Made by a program: the position numbers and the translations under genes
In this document: positions 10,001 through 19,922 of the stretch, piece after piece
Position numbering within the stretch: the stretch's first letter is position 1
How the letters are laid out: every line of letters starts with the position of its first letter
Notes under the pieces: model-generated
Databases searched by the model: none
Seen by the model: only the letters and a program-made list of their open reading frames with translations
Told to the model about the DNA's origin: nothing
NCBI GenBank assembly: GCA_003344405.1
Contig: NOWV01000286.1
Span: 44,837-64,836 of the forward strand
DNA: 20,000 nucleotides
From: Trichoplax sp. H2
Taxonomy: Eukaryota
Reading direction: 5' to 3'

Positions 10001-13000
10001 GTGCTAGCAATTTAGTATAGTCTCATCTTACCATATAACCTTAATTGGATCGAGATCTATTCTATGTAACTCCTGAAATTTGTTTATGTATTAACTCTCT
10101 ACATTATTCTTGAAATAATATAAAAGTTAAGCCTCAACCACCTACGGATTGCGAAACATTGACAGATGATGAAAATCAACGCGTTACTTTAAAATGTCGC
10201 TATCATGAGGATTGCTACTTCGGCGAAAGCTACAAATATGATTTCTATTTGGGTGTAAGAGATTCATCTGAAAAGCCTAAAAAGGTAATTTATCCTTATA
10301 ATCGATAACTTGCTACATAATTTCAAAATTAAATAGGGTAAGGCTAATTAGTAGCGCAAGATGGATAAGCTAATAAACTGTTATTTTGAAATTAAGTTAC
10401 AGACACTTGAATAAATCTCTGTATAGAAAGTTCAGAATTCGTATTATTAGTATCTAAATTCAATCATCATCTAATTTACTCCTGCAGTTTACAGTAGAAG
10501 ACTCAATTTCCAAAGTTCTGGACTATTCCTATTTTACAGTAAACGTAAACTACTACTGGTACGCTCTCAGTGTGGTTTCATTTACTGGTCAAAAAAGCGA
10601 TTTTACCGATCAAATTAATTTCACACTACCTAATTCCAAGCCAAAACCGCATTCAATTACTTCATTATCTACGGATCCTATAATAATGTCATCTATAACG
10701 TCCTTCGTAACGAGTTCAACAATTGCTATCTTAACGCAAGCACTACTTATAACCAATTCAGTAAGCACAAGATCGACTTTAAATGTGCCTTCGGTCAGTT
10801 CTACATCTTTAAGACCCACTATATCTTCGTCGACATCGAGTGGCATATCTATAATACCGACTAAAACATTATCGTCGACGAGTAGACAACATTACCCGTC
10901 AACTGCAAAAGAACCTACAAAAAAGTCTACAAAATCTACGACTAATTCACCAGTAACTTTGTCACCATCATCCTCGGTTCCTAGATTTACGAATAATACT
11001 CTATCACCTGATATCACATGCAAAAATCTAGGTAAACATATTTACAGATCTAGGCCAAATTAAAATTCTACATACTTTCTCTCTATATATTACGGCTAAT
11101 GTATACGTTATATACTTGCGAAGTTTTATAACAAATAAGCGCTATATTATTTCGATATGATGTCATTACGACAATTTTATCTAGCTTGCAAATAATATTT
11201 AGACAACTCTTCTATTCTCTACGAATTTATATTATAATCATATTATCTCCATAATATTTCAATCTAACATTTACTTGAGGCAATACCTGAAATAATCCGG
11301 TCAAAAATAGATATAGGCTAGATTAAATTACTAATCTAGTTGTACCATAAATTTATAGCGTATTATAGCCTGACTTAGATTAGTTAATCGATTAATTATT
11401 AGAACTGTATCGTCAATAGTGCGAATAATTATCGGAGTACTGAAACAGTTTTATTTTCAAAATGGAACAGTATCATTAAATTAAGTAAAAAAAAGTACTA
11501 GAAGTTAATTATACCATGGTTTTGAAATAGTTTTAACTTAGCTATGATAATAATTAGTACTGTATCTTCAATAGTTCTAATCGTTATCGGAATGCCAAAA
11601 GTTTTATTTCCGATATTATTAAGTTAAATGTAAATTAAAGTATCGAAGGTTGACTATTTAGTTTATCATCTTCCCACATCTATTTGTAGTTATTAGAAAC
11701 ACGTTTAATTTATTTCAATATTTCAGCTAAATTTATTTCTTAGTATTAAAAATCTTTAGGAGTAATTAATTACCTTAGCAATATTGTATAATTCTATAGA
11801 GTAGTCTATTCAAATTCAGTAGAAGATATAATGGAAATACATTCATAAATTTATAAATAACAGTATCGATTAACTTTTGTACCTAGAGTGAGCTCTTTGA
11901 CATTATCTACTTTACTATAAGCTAATCACATATCTAGTAACCCTGCTAGAAGTAACTTCTCGGTCTTTTTAGGGTTCTTTGTTGTAAAAGACATCCAATA
12001 AATACTCCGATTGTCAATATATCCGTACATAGCTAATAATGCTTCCTCTATGTTACATTTCTTATTGTTAATCACTTTGTTGTATAATCTTTCGTATCAG
12101 CTTTGAATCGATTCGCCTAATTTTCGCTTAATATTAGATTTAGATCACTTGCCAACTGTTCGTAATGTGAAGTTAGTAATGGAATGTGATACATGCAAGA
12201 TTAATTGGTATCCACCAAATATTAATTCCCGATGTCTGCCTTTCATTCAATACCAAGTTCATTATGATATTCTCCGGATATTTCCAAAAATATTAATCAA
12301 TGGAATACTGTTTGTGATTCTATAAATGATACAAGTTGTCAGTTTCCAATCAACAGTAGTACAGTAGGTTCTACTTTAATCTATGAAGTCATCACTATAT
12401 TTACATGGACAAATTCGAAGTCTAAATTACGTAGACAGACTTATCTGGACTTTCGCTGTAGGTTTTTAACGTGGAGTGGCTTTTATTTCTAGATTGATAT
12501 TATAATATTAACAATTTTAGAAGGGATTAATTAAATAATAAGGTATGATATTGTTGCATTTGATAATAATGGAAATTATGATTTGATTTGTATATTATAT
12601 TAGTTAAACCGGAAAAACCCAAGGATTGCTATAGCTGTATCGATTATCATCAAAGAAAGGTCGAATTAACTTGTTATCATTCTGAAAGGTGCCTAGCTGT
12701 AACTGCACATATATACAATTTCTATCTATTGCAACAAAACTCAATCTTCAAAGTTTTAGAGGTAAATAATAATACATGGTAACATCTTAGAGTTAATTTC
12801 TATTTCATGGAAAATTGAAGGATTTGCAATAGCTTAGAATAGTCCGGTAATAAAATAGAGAAGTATTTAATATTATAAGTAACACCTTTATGTGATAATT
12901 TTAGCCATATTACATAAACTTAGAATGGTCCAGCATTAACATAGAGATGCATTCAACACTGTTAGTATTACATTTAGGTTGTGATTTTAGTTATATGCCA

Positions 13001-16000
13001 TAAAAAACAAAGATATAGGAGGTTATAGTTAGCACTAAAATTTGGCGATCTATCATTATTTTCAATCATAAAATTAGTAATTTCGAAATTAGGAAGGTTT
13101 ATTATATGCATTAGAAGGACGTATATTTCAGTTAGATAAATTAAAACCAGCACAACAAGTAGAAGATTACTGTCTTAACGTATCCCTAAACTTAATCTTA
13201 ATTTCTCTCTAAATCAAATCATCTAATCCTCTTTCATATACCTACGCTACTTAAATCATTATCAAATGAATATCTTTTAACCACAGAGGGTATCAACCTG
13301 CATACTGTACATACGAAATCAACTAAATGCTACTATTCAATATAAATCATTGATTTTACCACATTATCTCGATATCATAGACTATTAACCTATCATAGCT
13401 CATCGCAATGCAGGCATTATTATAATCTATCAGAATTTATTAATAACTTACATTCCCACATGTTTACCATTATTACCTATCAGAAGCGATCCCTATAATT
13501 GATTAATGTATCTAATAATAATTAATCGACAAGAATAAATTAATCCAAGTTGGAAGTTAAATTGCAGCACTACTGAGGTATTCTGAGCTTCAACGCTAGT
13601 AATCTTTGCTATTTCAGTCCTAATCTTTGTAGCACAGAATAGCTAGCCAATACTTAAAAAGATTTATGATTTTCGAGTAACACTTTACTCTTTCAGTATC
13701 GTATTTATCTTAGAAAAGCTACTAATGACTTCAATATCAAGCAGTTGCCAACTAAAATGCGTACAAATATATATATATTAACATATACATAAATAATTCT
13801 TATTTTTCGCTACCGAGTATTTTAATTTTATATTATAGATTAAATGTAAAATATTTAAACTTTACTGGATAATATTTACACAATTTGTTCATATTAGATC
13901 CCTCAAAGTGATGCTAGTACCTTGGCCATCGGATTTAATCATCTTAAATATGATACTAATTACTATTGGTTTAGTAATGCTGTTAATAACTACAATATAA
14001 GCAGCGACAATTCGACCATGTCGCATTTTTCTATATTATCAACAAAAGCATACGCTAGCTCTTTTGGTACTCCATCTACTATTTGTGAATATCTAACTAT
14101 CCAATCTGGAAGACCTGATAATCAATGTAATGATACAGGTTGGCATCCAATATTAGCTTTATTAAATAGATCATATACAGATTGAGTAAACGAAATATTA
14201 CATCAGATAATGATTTCTTTTTACTAATTAATACTGTAATTTAATTCAACATTTTTCATGCAATCTTCTAGAAAGTAATCTACTTCTTTATTAACAGCTA
14301 TCAGAGAATGACTACTGTAGCATAATGATACCATAAGAAATGATAATCTCTGTTTTAAATCCGCTCATCAACTTTAAGTGTAGTAGCGTTATAATAATCA
14401 ATCAAAGTTTACTATCGTAAAAGTTTAATCTTAAGATTATAAGTACAATTAAAGGACTACTTTAATCAAATACTCATATCCGTCTACAATACATAGGATT
14501 TTCCGATCTTAGATAAAAACAATGTTCCCGTTTTACTTATTGTACAAGTTTAAATAAATCTTCATAAGCTATCTGAATAGAATAGTACCGTGCCATACTG
14601 ACTTTGAATATAATATCACATCCAGTTCTTTTACTCATTAAAGTCTGACTTATAACTATCTTCGAGTCAAGTTAACTATCGCACATTATATCATATACCA
14701 TTACTAATTCCAAATTAGATTATGCATCTGATGTATTATATATATCCTTTCATTTGATATTTCATCCCTGAAAAGTATTAAATGTATCGTGTGTATCTTT
14801 AGGTGTTAATATTAGCAATGTTAGACTAGAAGCTACTTGGACGGCAGTCTATGTTAAGTGGGATACCGAAATTGCGAAAGCCGAAGAAACTTGTTCATTA
14901 AAAGTTTATTATCAACTGGAGTATGCTGTTGTCAGAAATGGAACCGATACTGATAATTGGATGATAGCTTGCAAAAATATCACTTCCAAGGAATGCTTTT
15001 TCAAACGAGATTGTTCCACGCTAAATAAATCACTTATCTACAAAATAACGGCTACAAATCACCATGATCAAATCTTAACCGTTAGCAGTAATCAAACTTA
15101 TTTTCCAAGTCAGTTTAAGCAATACAATGGATATAAAATTTTAAATAAAACGATTCATACGTACAACAATTCAAACTTTCATGAGCAGTTGTACAAACTG
15201 GTAACAGTGGTTTATTAACCATTATTGATTAACGGAAACGTGTCTTATTAAAGCGTATGATTTCACGCTATAAGTTATTTAAGTCATTTTAGGATTTATA
15301 TTAGTGACCAGTTTTAAATAAACTGATTCATACATTCTGTAATTCAGATTTTGATATAAAGTTGGATTAATTGCTAATAGTAGGTTTGTCGACCATTAGT
15401 GAATAACCAAATAAGTCTTTTCGAAATAAATTGTTTTGTTGCGTGTACTACTACGAGTCTTTTTAGGATTTTTGGTAGTGGTTATAGACTAACTGTTACA
15501 CTCCTGTAATGTAACTTAGTATTGTGATTGTAGATTGCTAGCCATGTTTAGTATAATGTACGGTAGATATTATCCTAAGATATACAGTATTTGGTAGCTA
15601 TAACTATAGACTGTAGTGGTAGAGACTCTATGCTAGAGTACAGATGACTATATACAGTAAGTTGTTGAGTTACTGATAAGGTTATAGGTAAGAATAGAAC
15701 TGTAAATCATATATTAGGATATGGTTAATTCATTGTACTTGGGCTGGTCTGAATAATGTCTACGTAAGTACTGTAGTTGTATCCATATTGGATTGATGAT
15801 GGTCCGCAGTAGAATAGTCTTACTAAGAATAATTTAACTATGTGTAATATAAGGTAAAAGATTGCCATGCGGATTGTAGCTGCGAATGCTACGAAAAGTA
15901 TAAAAGCATGCAACTTTAGATTATTCTGTTAGTACGTTCAAGAAGTCTTTAGAAGTAGTATTCGGCTAGAGTAGAGCTGTGTAGTTGATCTTTGTATATG

Positions 16001-18147
16001 ATTCAAGAAAGCCCTTATTTTTCTAAAATTTTGGAATTTCGTGATTGGTATATATCACAACTCCACTAGTGACAAAGTTGTTTAAAAAAGCCAATCCTTG
16101 CAGAGAATGCCACTTACTAACTTAAAGAGGCGAAATTAGCTATATCACCAAATAATTCAGTTCCAACGACCGAATACTATAGTATAATTATAGCGTTACT
16201 AATAGTGTAGACGAGGTGGTCAAAGATTTACTACTATTTATTACTAAAGAAATCTTGGCACCCACGATTATAGTCTTTACGATTCAATAGCAATTGATAA
16301 ACTAGTTGACTATCTAGCCGACTAACTAACTAAAAAGGGATCTTCAGGCACCAGCCTTTTATAGTCTCGTCAGAATCTCCTGGTGTACATAAAGTAAAAC
16401 TATCCTTCTAAACTTATAGTTAGGACGAGCTTACGCATCGTAACACTAATATATAGACCGTTTTGGAGAAATATGAATAGGTAGAAACTATGGTACTAAC
16501 AAATAGAGATACAATAGCTGTTGCAGATGAGATACGACTACAGAAAAATATTGAAATTAATGATAACATATATCATAGCGGCTTAAGCAATATTCAAATC
16601 CTTATAAATAAAAGGAAGAGAAATTTAGGTATTATCAATTACAAAATAATCTATATTGAAAAAGTGGCATGGAAGAAATGTAAATGCGGCTTTTATGAAT
16701 ACGTTACCATCACAACATCAAATAGTCCTAAGCGCTCAATTTGCGTAGAATCTTGAGATTAATTTAATATGCATAGCATCAACCTCCATGGAAATCCAGC
16801 ATTATTAATAAACTAAGACTTTAGTATAACTTTTGTTTGTAATGAACTTCTTAGTGAATCCGAAATCTCCGGAACTCTGTAGCCTCAAAATGGTTGATAA
16901 GTATAAGAAGGAGAAATTGGTTCTGTCTTGTCCAGGAATGGCTAATGATTGTGACTGGGTCAATATTAAAATCAAAATATGGCATCCGAATAGCACTAAA
17001 GTTAGTAACCATAATGAATATTTTTGGGTCCAAAAAATCGTGACCATTACTGTACTATAACAAAAATAAACATAATTATCATCGTTTACAATTAGCGAAA
17101 GTTCGTTAGCCTATAAGGCAAGATGAAATGATGCTAGATGCCATTGTTTTTTATCGAAGGATCCAGATTTATATATCGTTACTCAGTACTCTTGAATAGT
17201 TGTCTAAATTCAAAGTAAAACTTATTAATATTTTAAATTAGGAGAGTTTTCGTGCAATATGCGGTAGTCGAACTAACAAGAAATTTAAATTCATACTTTA
17301 TTACTTTGGAGGCACTTTATTTTATGAATATTCGATCGCTTTATTGTAGGCTAAGGTATTCTCATATAGCTACACACGCTATCGATCTATCGTAATTATG
17401 TCTCAAGATCAAATCCATAAACTTGCAAGGATTATAACATACTTTTGGCAAGCAAAAGTCGAAAATTTAGCTGGCCTAGAAAGCTCTTACACTACAATAC
17501 GAAGCTTCAAGCCAGATTTCAGTAAATAAATTTAATTTTTAATATTACATCAATCGCTGTTTTATATGCTATGTAATTGAAGTATTCAAATTATTGGAAT
17601 GCTGCTAAAATTTATCTTTTATTAAAATAATTTCCTTTACAATTATTAACTTTCATTAAGTTGATGGGAGATTGTATTTACCATTTACATGTACCTTACT
17701 ATAATTTTATGCGCAATCTGAAATTTTCTATGCTAACTGCAAGATCCTATACCGTTTATTTTTACCATGATATTAATCGCCTTTTAATATCGTTGCTACG
17801 GTAGAAAATAATTACTTCCTTGTAAATTTCATTTCTTGAAAAAACTAATCAAATTTATTGAATTCACAGATCCTTCACATACCATAAATACTATAGTCGT
17901 CGTTATAGGGACTGTCTTTGGCATTATATTTTTACTTGGTATTTCATGCATTCTACGCTTTCGCAAACATAGAAAATTAAGTGAGAATAATGTGCATGAA
18001 TCACATCGTTCTGAATCGCACTATGATGAAATTTCGGTAGCAGAATCAATAAATCTCAAAACTCTAAGGTCAGAAAGTCGAATCAGAAATCCAAATGCTT
18101 CACCCCACGATATTACATCCGAAATAGGACGCTATTTACAAGGATAG
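6985..18147 (+). CDS. Gene 2 (complete, 12 exons): signal peptide, 3 x two-FN3-like (cytokine-receptor D200-like) modules with S/T-rich spacers, TM, ITIM-like tail; exons 6985-7042, 7559-7600, 7777-8091, 10127-10284, 10488-11031, 12144-12457 (frameshifted), 12604-12761, 13898-14138, 14803-15108, 16855-17000, 17350-17521, 17870-18147
   Basis: All introns are GT-AG and the phases chain consistently. Three internal repeats share Cys/Trp/Tyr patterns and near-identical exon sizes (A 315/314/306, B 158/158/146 nt). Confidence 0.8.
7559..7600 (+). CDS. Gene 2 micro-exon (T)YGLNQPVPDCSDL
   Basis: Strong polypyrimidine-TAG acceptor and GTATCT donor at 7601. It ends in C-x-x-L like the linkers preceding the other A exons (CKNL, CNDT). 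An alternative acceptor at 7540 is also in frame. Confidence 0.65.
7777..8091 (+). CDS. Gene 2 exon A1 (DPLPSVNSV...ISWNP...YRISY...NWHSTCNETSQLYCNI...YKVIA)
   Basis: CTAG acceptor, 315-nt open phase 1-1 exon, GTAAGT donor at 8092. Overlaps ORF 7791..8099. Confidence 0.85.
8245..8745. repeat. Degenerate ~62-bp minisatellite, about 8 copies, intronic
   Basis: Recurrent unit like TAGATCTACTGATAATCAAGTATAAAAGTAG...ATAGCCGACTAAGATTA (e.g. at 8485, 8548, 8672). A further remnant lies near 9970-10010. Confidence 0.8.
8800..9353. mobile_element. Solo LTR of an LTR retrotransposon (copy 1, 554 bp)
   Basis: Begins TGTAATGTA and ends TATATCACA (TG...CA, imperfect inverted termini). Flanked by the 5-bp direct repeat GTCTC (8795-8799, 9354-9358). 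Internal TATAAAAG at 9192-9199. Highly similar to 15505-16059. Confidence 0.9.
10127..10284 (+). CDS. Gene 2 exon B1 (FKPQPPTDCETLTDDENQRVTLKCRYHEDCYFGESYKYDFYLGVRDSSEKPKK)
   Basis: AG at 10125-10126 and GTAATT at 10285. 158 nt, phase 1-0, homologous to the other B exons. Confidence 0.85.
10488..11031 (+). CDS. Gene 2 exon C1: FN3 C-half (VNYYWYALSV) plus a ~130-aa Ser/Thr/Pro-rich mucin-like spacer ending TCKNL
   Basis: CTGCAG acceptor, 544-nt open exon, GTAAAC donor at 11032. Overlaps ORF 10572..11063. Confidence 0.85.
12144..12457 (+). pseudogene. Gene 2 exon A2 carrying an apparent 1-nt deletion frameshift near 12268-12300
   Basis: The 5' half reads DHLPTVRNVKLVMECDTCKINWYPPNINSRCLPFIQYQVHYDI and stops at 12323. 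The 3' half reads SPDISKNINQWNTVCDSINDTSCQFPINSSTVGSTLIYEVITIF... in another frame. Length is 314 nt versus 315 for A1, and the splice sites are intact. Confidence 0.75.
12604..12761 (+). CDS. Gene 2 exon B2 (xKPEKPKDCYSCIDYHQRKVELTCYHSERCLAVTAHIYNFYLLQQNSIFKVLE)
   Basis: TTAG acceptor and GTAAAT donor at 12762. 158 nt like B1. Overlaps ORF 12588..12782. Confidence 0.85.
13898..14138 (+). CDS. Gene 2 exon C2 (..HLKYDTNYYWFSNAVNNYNISS..QCNDT)
   Basis: TTAG acceptor, phase 0-1, GTTGGC donor at 14139. Carries the FN3 L-x-x-x-T-x-Y motif. Confidence 0.8.
14803..15108 (+). CDS. Gene 2 exon A3 (GVNISNVRLEATWTAVYVKWDT...YYQLEY...DNWMIACKNITSKECFF...IYKITA...TYFP)
   Basis: CTTTAG acceptor, 306-nt open phase 1-1 exon, GTCAGT donor at 15109. 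Confidence 0.85.
15505..16059. mobile_element. Solo LTR, same family (copy 2, 555 bp), same orientation as copy 1
   Basis: Same termini as copy 1. Flanked by a different 5-bp direct repeat, ACTCC (15500-15504, 16060-16064). Confidence 0.9.
16855..17000 (+). CDS. Gene 2 exon B3 (MNPKSPELCSLKMVDKYKKEKLVLSCPGMANDCDWVNIKIKIWHPNSTK)
   Basis: TTCTTAG acceptor and GTTAGT donor at 17001. Same P-x-x-P-x-x-C...C...C pattern as the other B exons. Confidence 0.8.
17350..17521 (+). CDS. Gene 2 exon C3 (AKVFSYSYTRYRSIVIMSQDQIHKLARIITYFWQAKVENLAGLESSYTTIRSFKPDF)
   Basis: TTGTAG acceptor, 172 nt, phase 0-1, GTAAAT donor at 17522. Y-x-W...N-x-x-G-x-x-S is the FN3 F/G-strand pattern. Not in the ORF track. 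Confidence 0.8.
17870..18147 (+). CDS. Gene 2 terminal exon: TM helix (IVVVIGTVFGIIFLLGISCIL), basic stop-transfer RFRKHRK, tail with SHYDEI
   Basis: CACAG acceptor in phase 1 and TAG stop at 18145-18147. Overlaps ORF 17836..18147. Confidence 0.85.
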
Positions 18148-19776
18148 ATTTAGACCAAATCAGCATGATTATTACTTATGCTTCTTAAATTATCATGATA
18201 TTTTGGCTTTGCCCAGTTTAATTATTGTTTATAAACTAGGTTAAAGATAAACTTATAAAGTTATGCTGATTTTGGTTATCAAATTTAATATTAACAATGG
18301 CCTCAATGTAGTAGTCCATAATTATAATTAGCATAAATAATTTTGAATAACTGTAATTAAGGGTATTATTAACAAGAACATATTGGTAGCAATATATAAC
18401 GGAATTAGCGTTGATGGATTTTAAATGGTTATGAATGCAAGAAGTAGTGCAACTGAAATAACGTCAGTTATTATTTATGCTTATAGCATCATAAATTTTT
18501 CTATTACTTTGTAGCAAAAGATTAAACGCTTCTCAAGTGTAGGCAATCAAAATATGTTATTTCATGCTACCTATTTGAATTATGTCTCTAGATGAAGCTT
18601 AATAATTGGTAAAAATAAATAAATATAAATGAATAACGCATGTAATATATTGAAGAATGGTATTCAAATATAAATATATAAAAATCCGCGCCATACAGTG
18701 TAAGATCATTAGAGGTTCTTTAGAATTCATAGTTTAAATAATTAACTACTTTTGGCCGAGGTTAAGTAGAGTCATGTTTGAAACATTTAGAAGAGTTATT
18801 AAGTGATTGGATAACTCGTCTAAACTGGTTTAGTTGATCTTGATCTAAAACTTTCTATAAATGTGAAATTCAGTCTAGTTGTTAATGAGAAAGTTCATGT
18901 TTGCATAGTAATAAAGGTTATTTACCTTACCCAGCTATTGGCTATTTTTGAGTCAGACTTCGAATACTGGTTATAGATACGATCTAGTAATTAGACATCT
19001 GAGATTTATAAACGCTTAGAAGTTTTGTTAAGTACTTTGGTTTGGTAAGCTCAATCAATGAAATGATTGAAAAACTTCCTGGCAATCGTTTTTGTAATAT
19101 TTGTTAGTAGTTCCAGCTATAATAGTAGTTGCTACATTGGCAAATTTTTATTTTATTTATAAAGCTGTAACCTCGCAAATATGTATCAAAGCAGAAATTG
19201 AAATAAGAATAACATTAAATTAAATTCGCATCATGATTTTCCTAGATTTTTACCATTTCAACTGCACAAAACATTTTATTAGTCTTCAAAAGTAACACTA
19301 TTTTCACGATAACGCGGATAAGACTAGATGATAATCCTTTGCTAAATTACTCTACCAAGTATAATAATAAAACACACCACTAGTATATTAAGGAGGCAAC
19401 TAATGTATTTAAATCGTGATTAGACTTCCCATTATACATATAAGATATATTAATGCAGGCTTTGTTTTATTTAATGTCAGGTGTCACAAACTTATGTTGC
19501 GAACTACTACACTAAAGTAATAGATTACTTATGCCTTGCTCCACTATACCTGGAGATCTGCTGTATGGTAGTTCTTTACTACTTTCGGTCACACACGGAT
19601 AAGACTGTTCTAAAAGATTAGTATAGTTTTTATTAGTAGAGTAGCCGAGTACCTTCTCGTACACGATCTAATAAGGAACTCAGGAACTGAGCATTCGCTC
19701 GTCCTTTTATACCATTCCACTAAATTTATGGTGCACACATAGTAACTTGACAATATAAGATTTACATGATTTGTAT

Positions 19777-19922
19777 ACGCGATAATCACACGATAAGTGC
19801 GCGATAGTCACACGATAAATGCGCGATAATCACACGATAAATGCGTGATAATCACACGATAAATGCGCGATAATCACACAATAAATGTGCGATAATCGCA
19901 CGATAAATGCATGATAATCGCG
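19777..19922. repeat. 22-bp minisatellite (GCGCGATAATCACACGATAAAT) x ~6.5, built from two alternating 11-bp subunits
   Basis: Directly visible tandem array with a CGATAA core every 11 bp. Confidence 0.95.

Noticed and set aside
15725..15913. 62-aa minus-strand ORF with a hydrophobic N-terminus
   Set aside because: It lies inside solo LTR 2, and the frame is not preserved in copy 1 because of small indels.
8800..16059. A single full-length LTR retrotransposon bounded by the two LTR copies
   Set aside because: Each copy has its own distinct TSD, and the interior holds host exons with no gag/pol ORF.
16490..16756. 88-aa + strand ORF
   Set aside because: It is intronic between A3 and B3, has no family motif, and is not needed for phase continuity.
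19777..19922. CRISPR-like array
   Set aside because: There are no unique spacers, the context is eukaryotic, and no cas genes are present.
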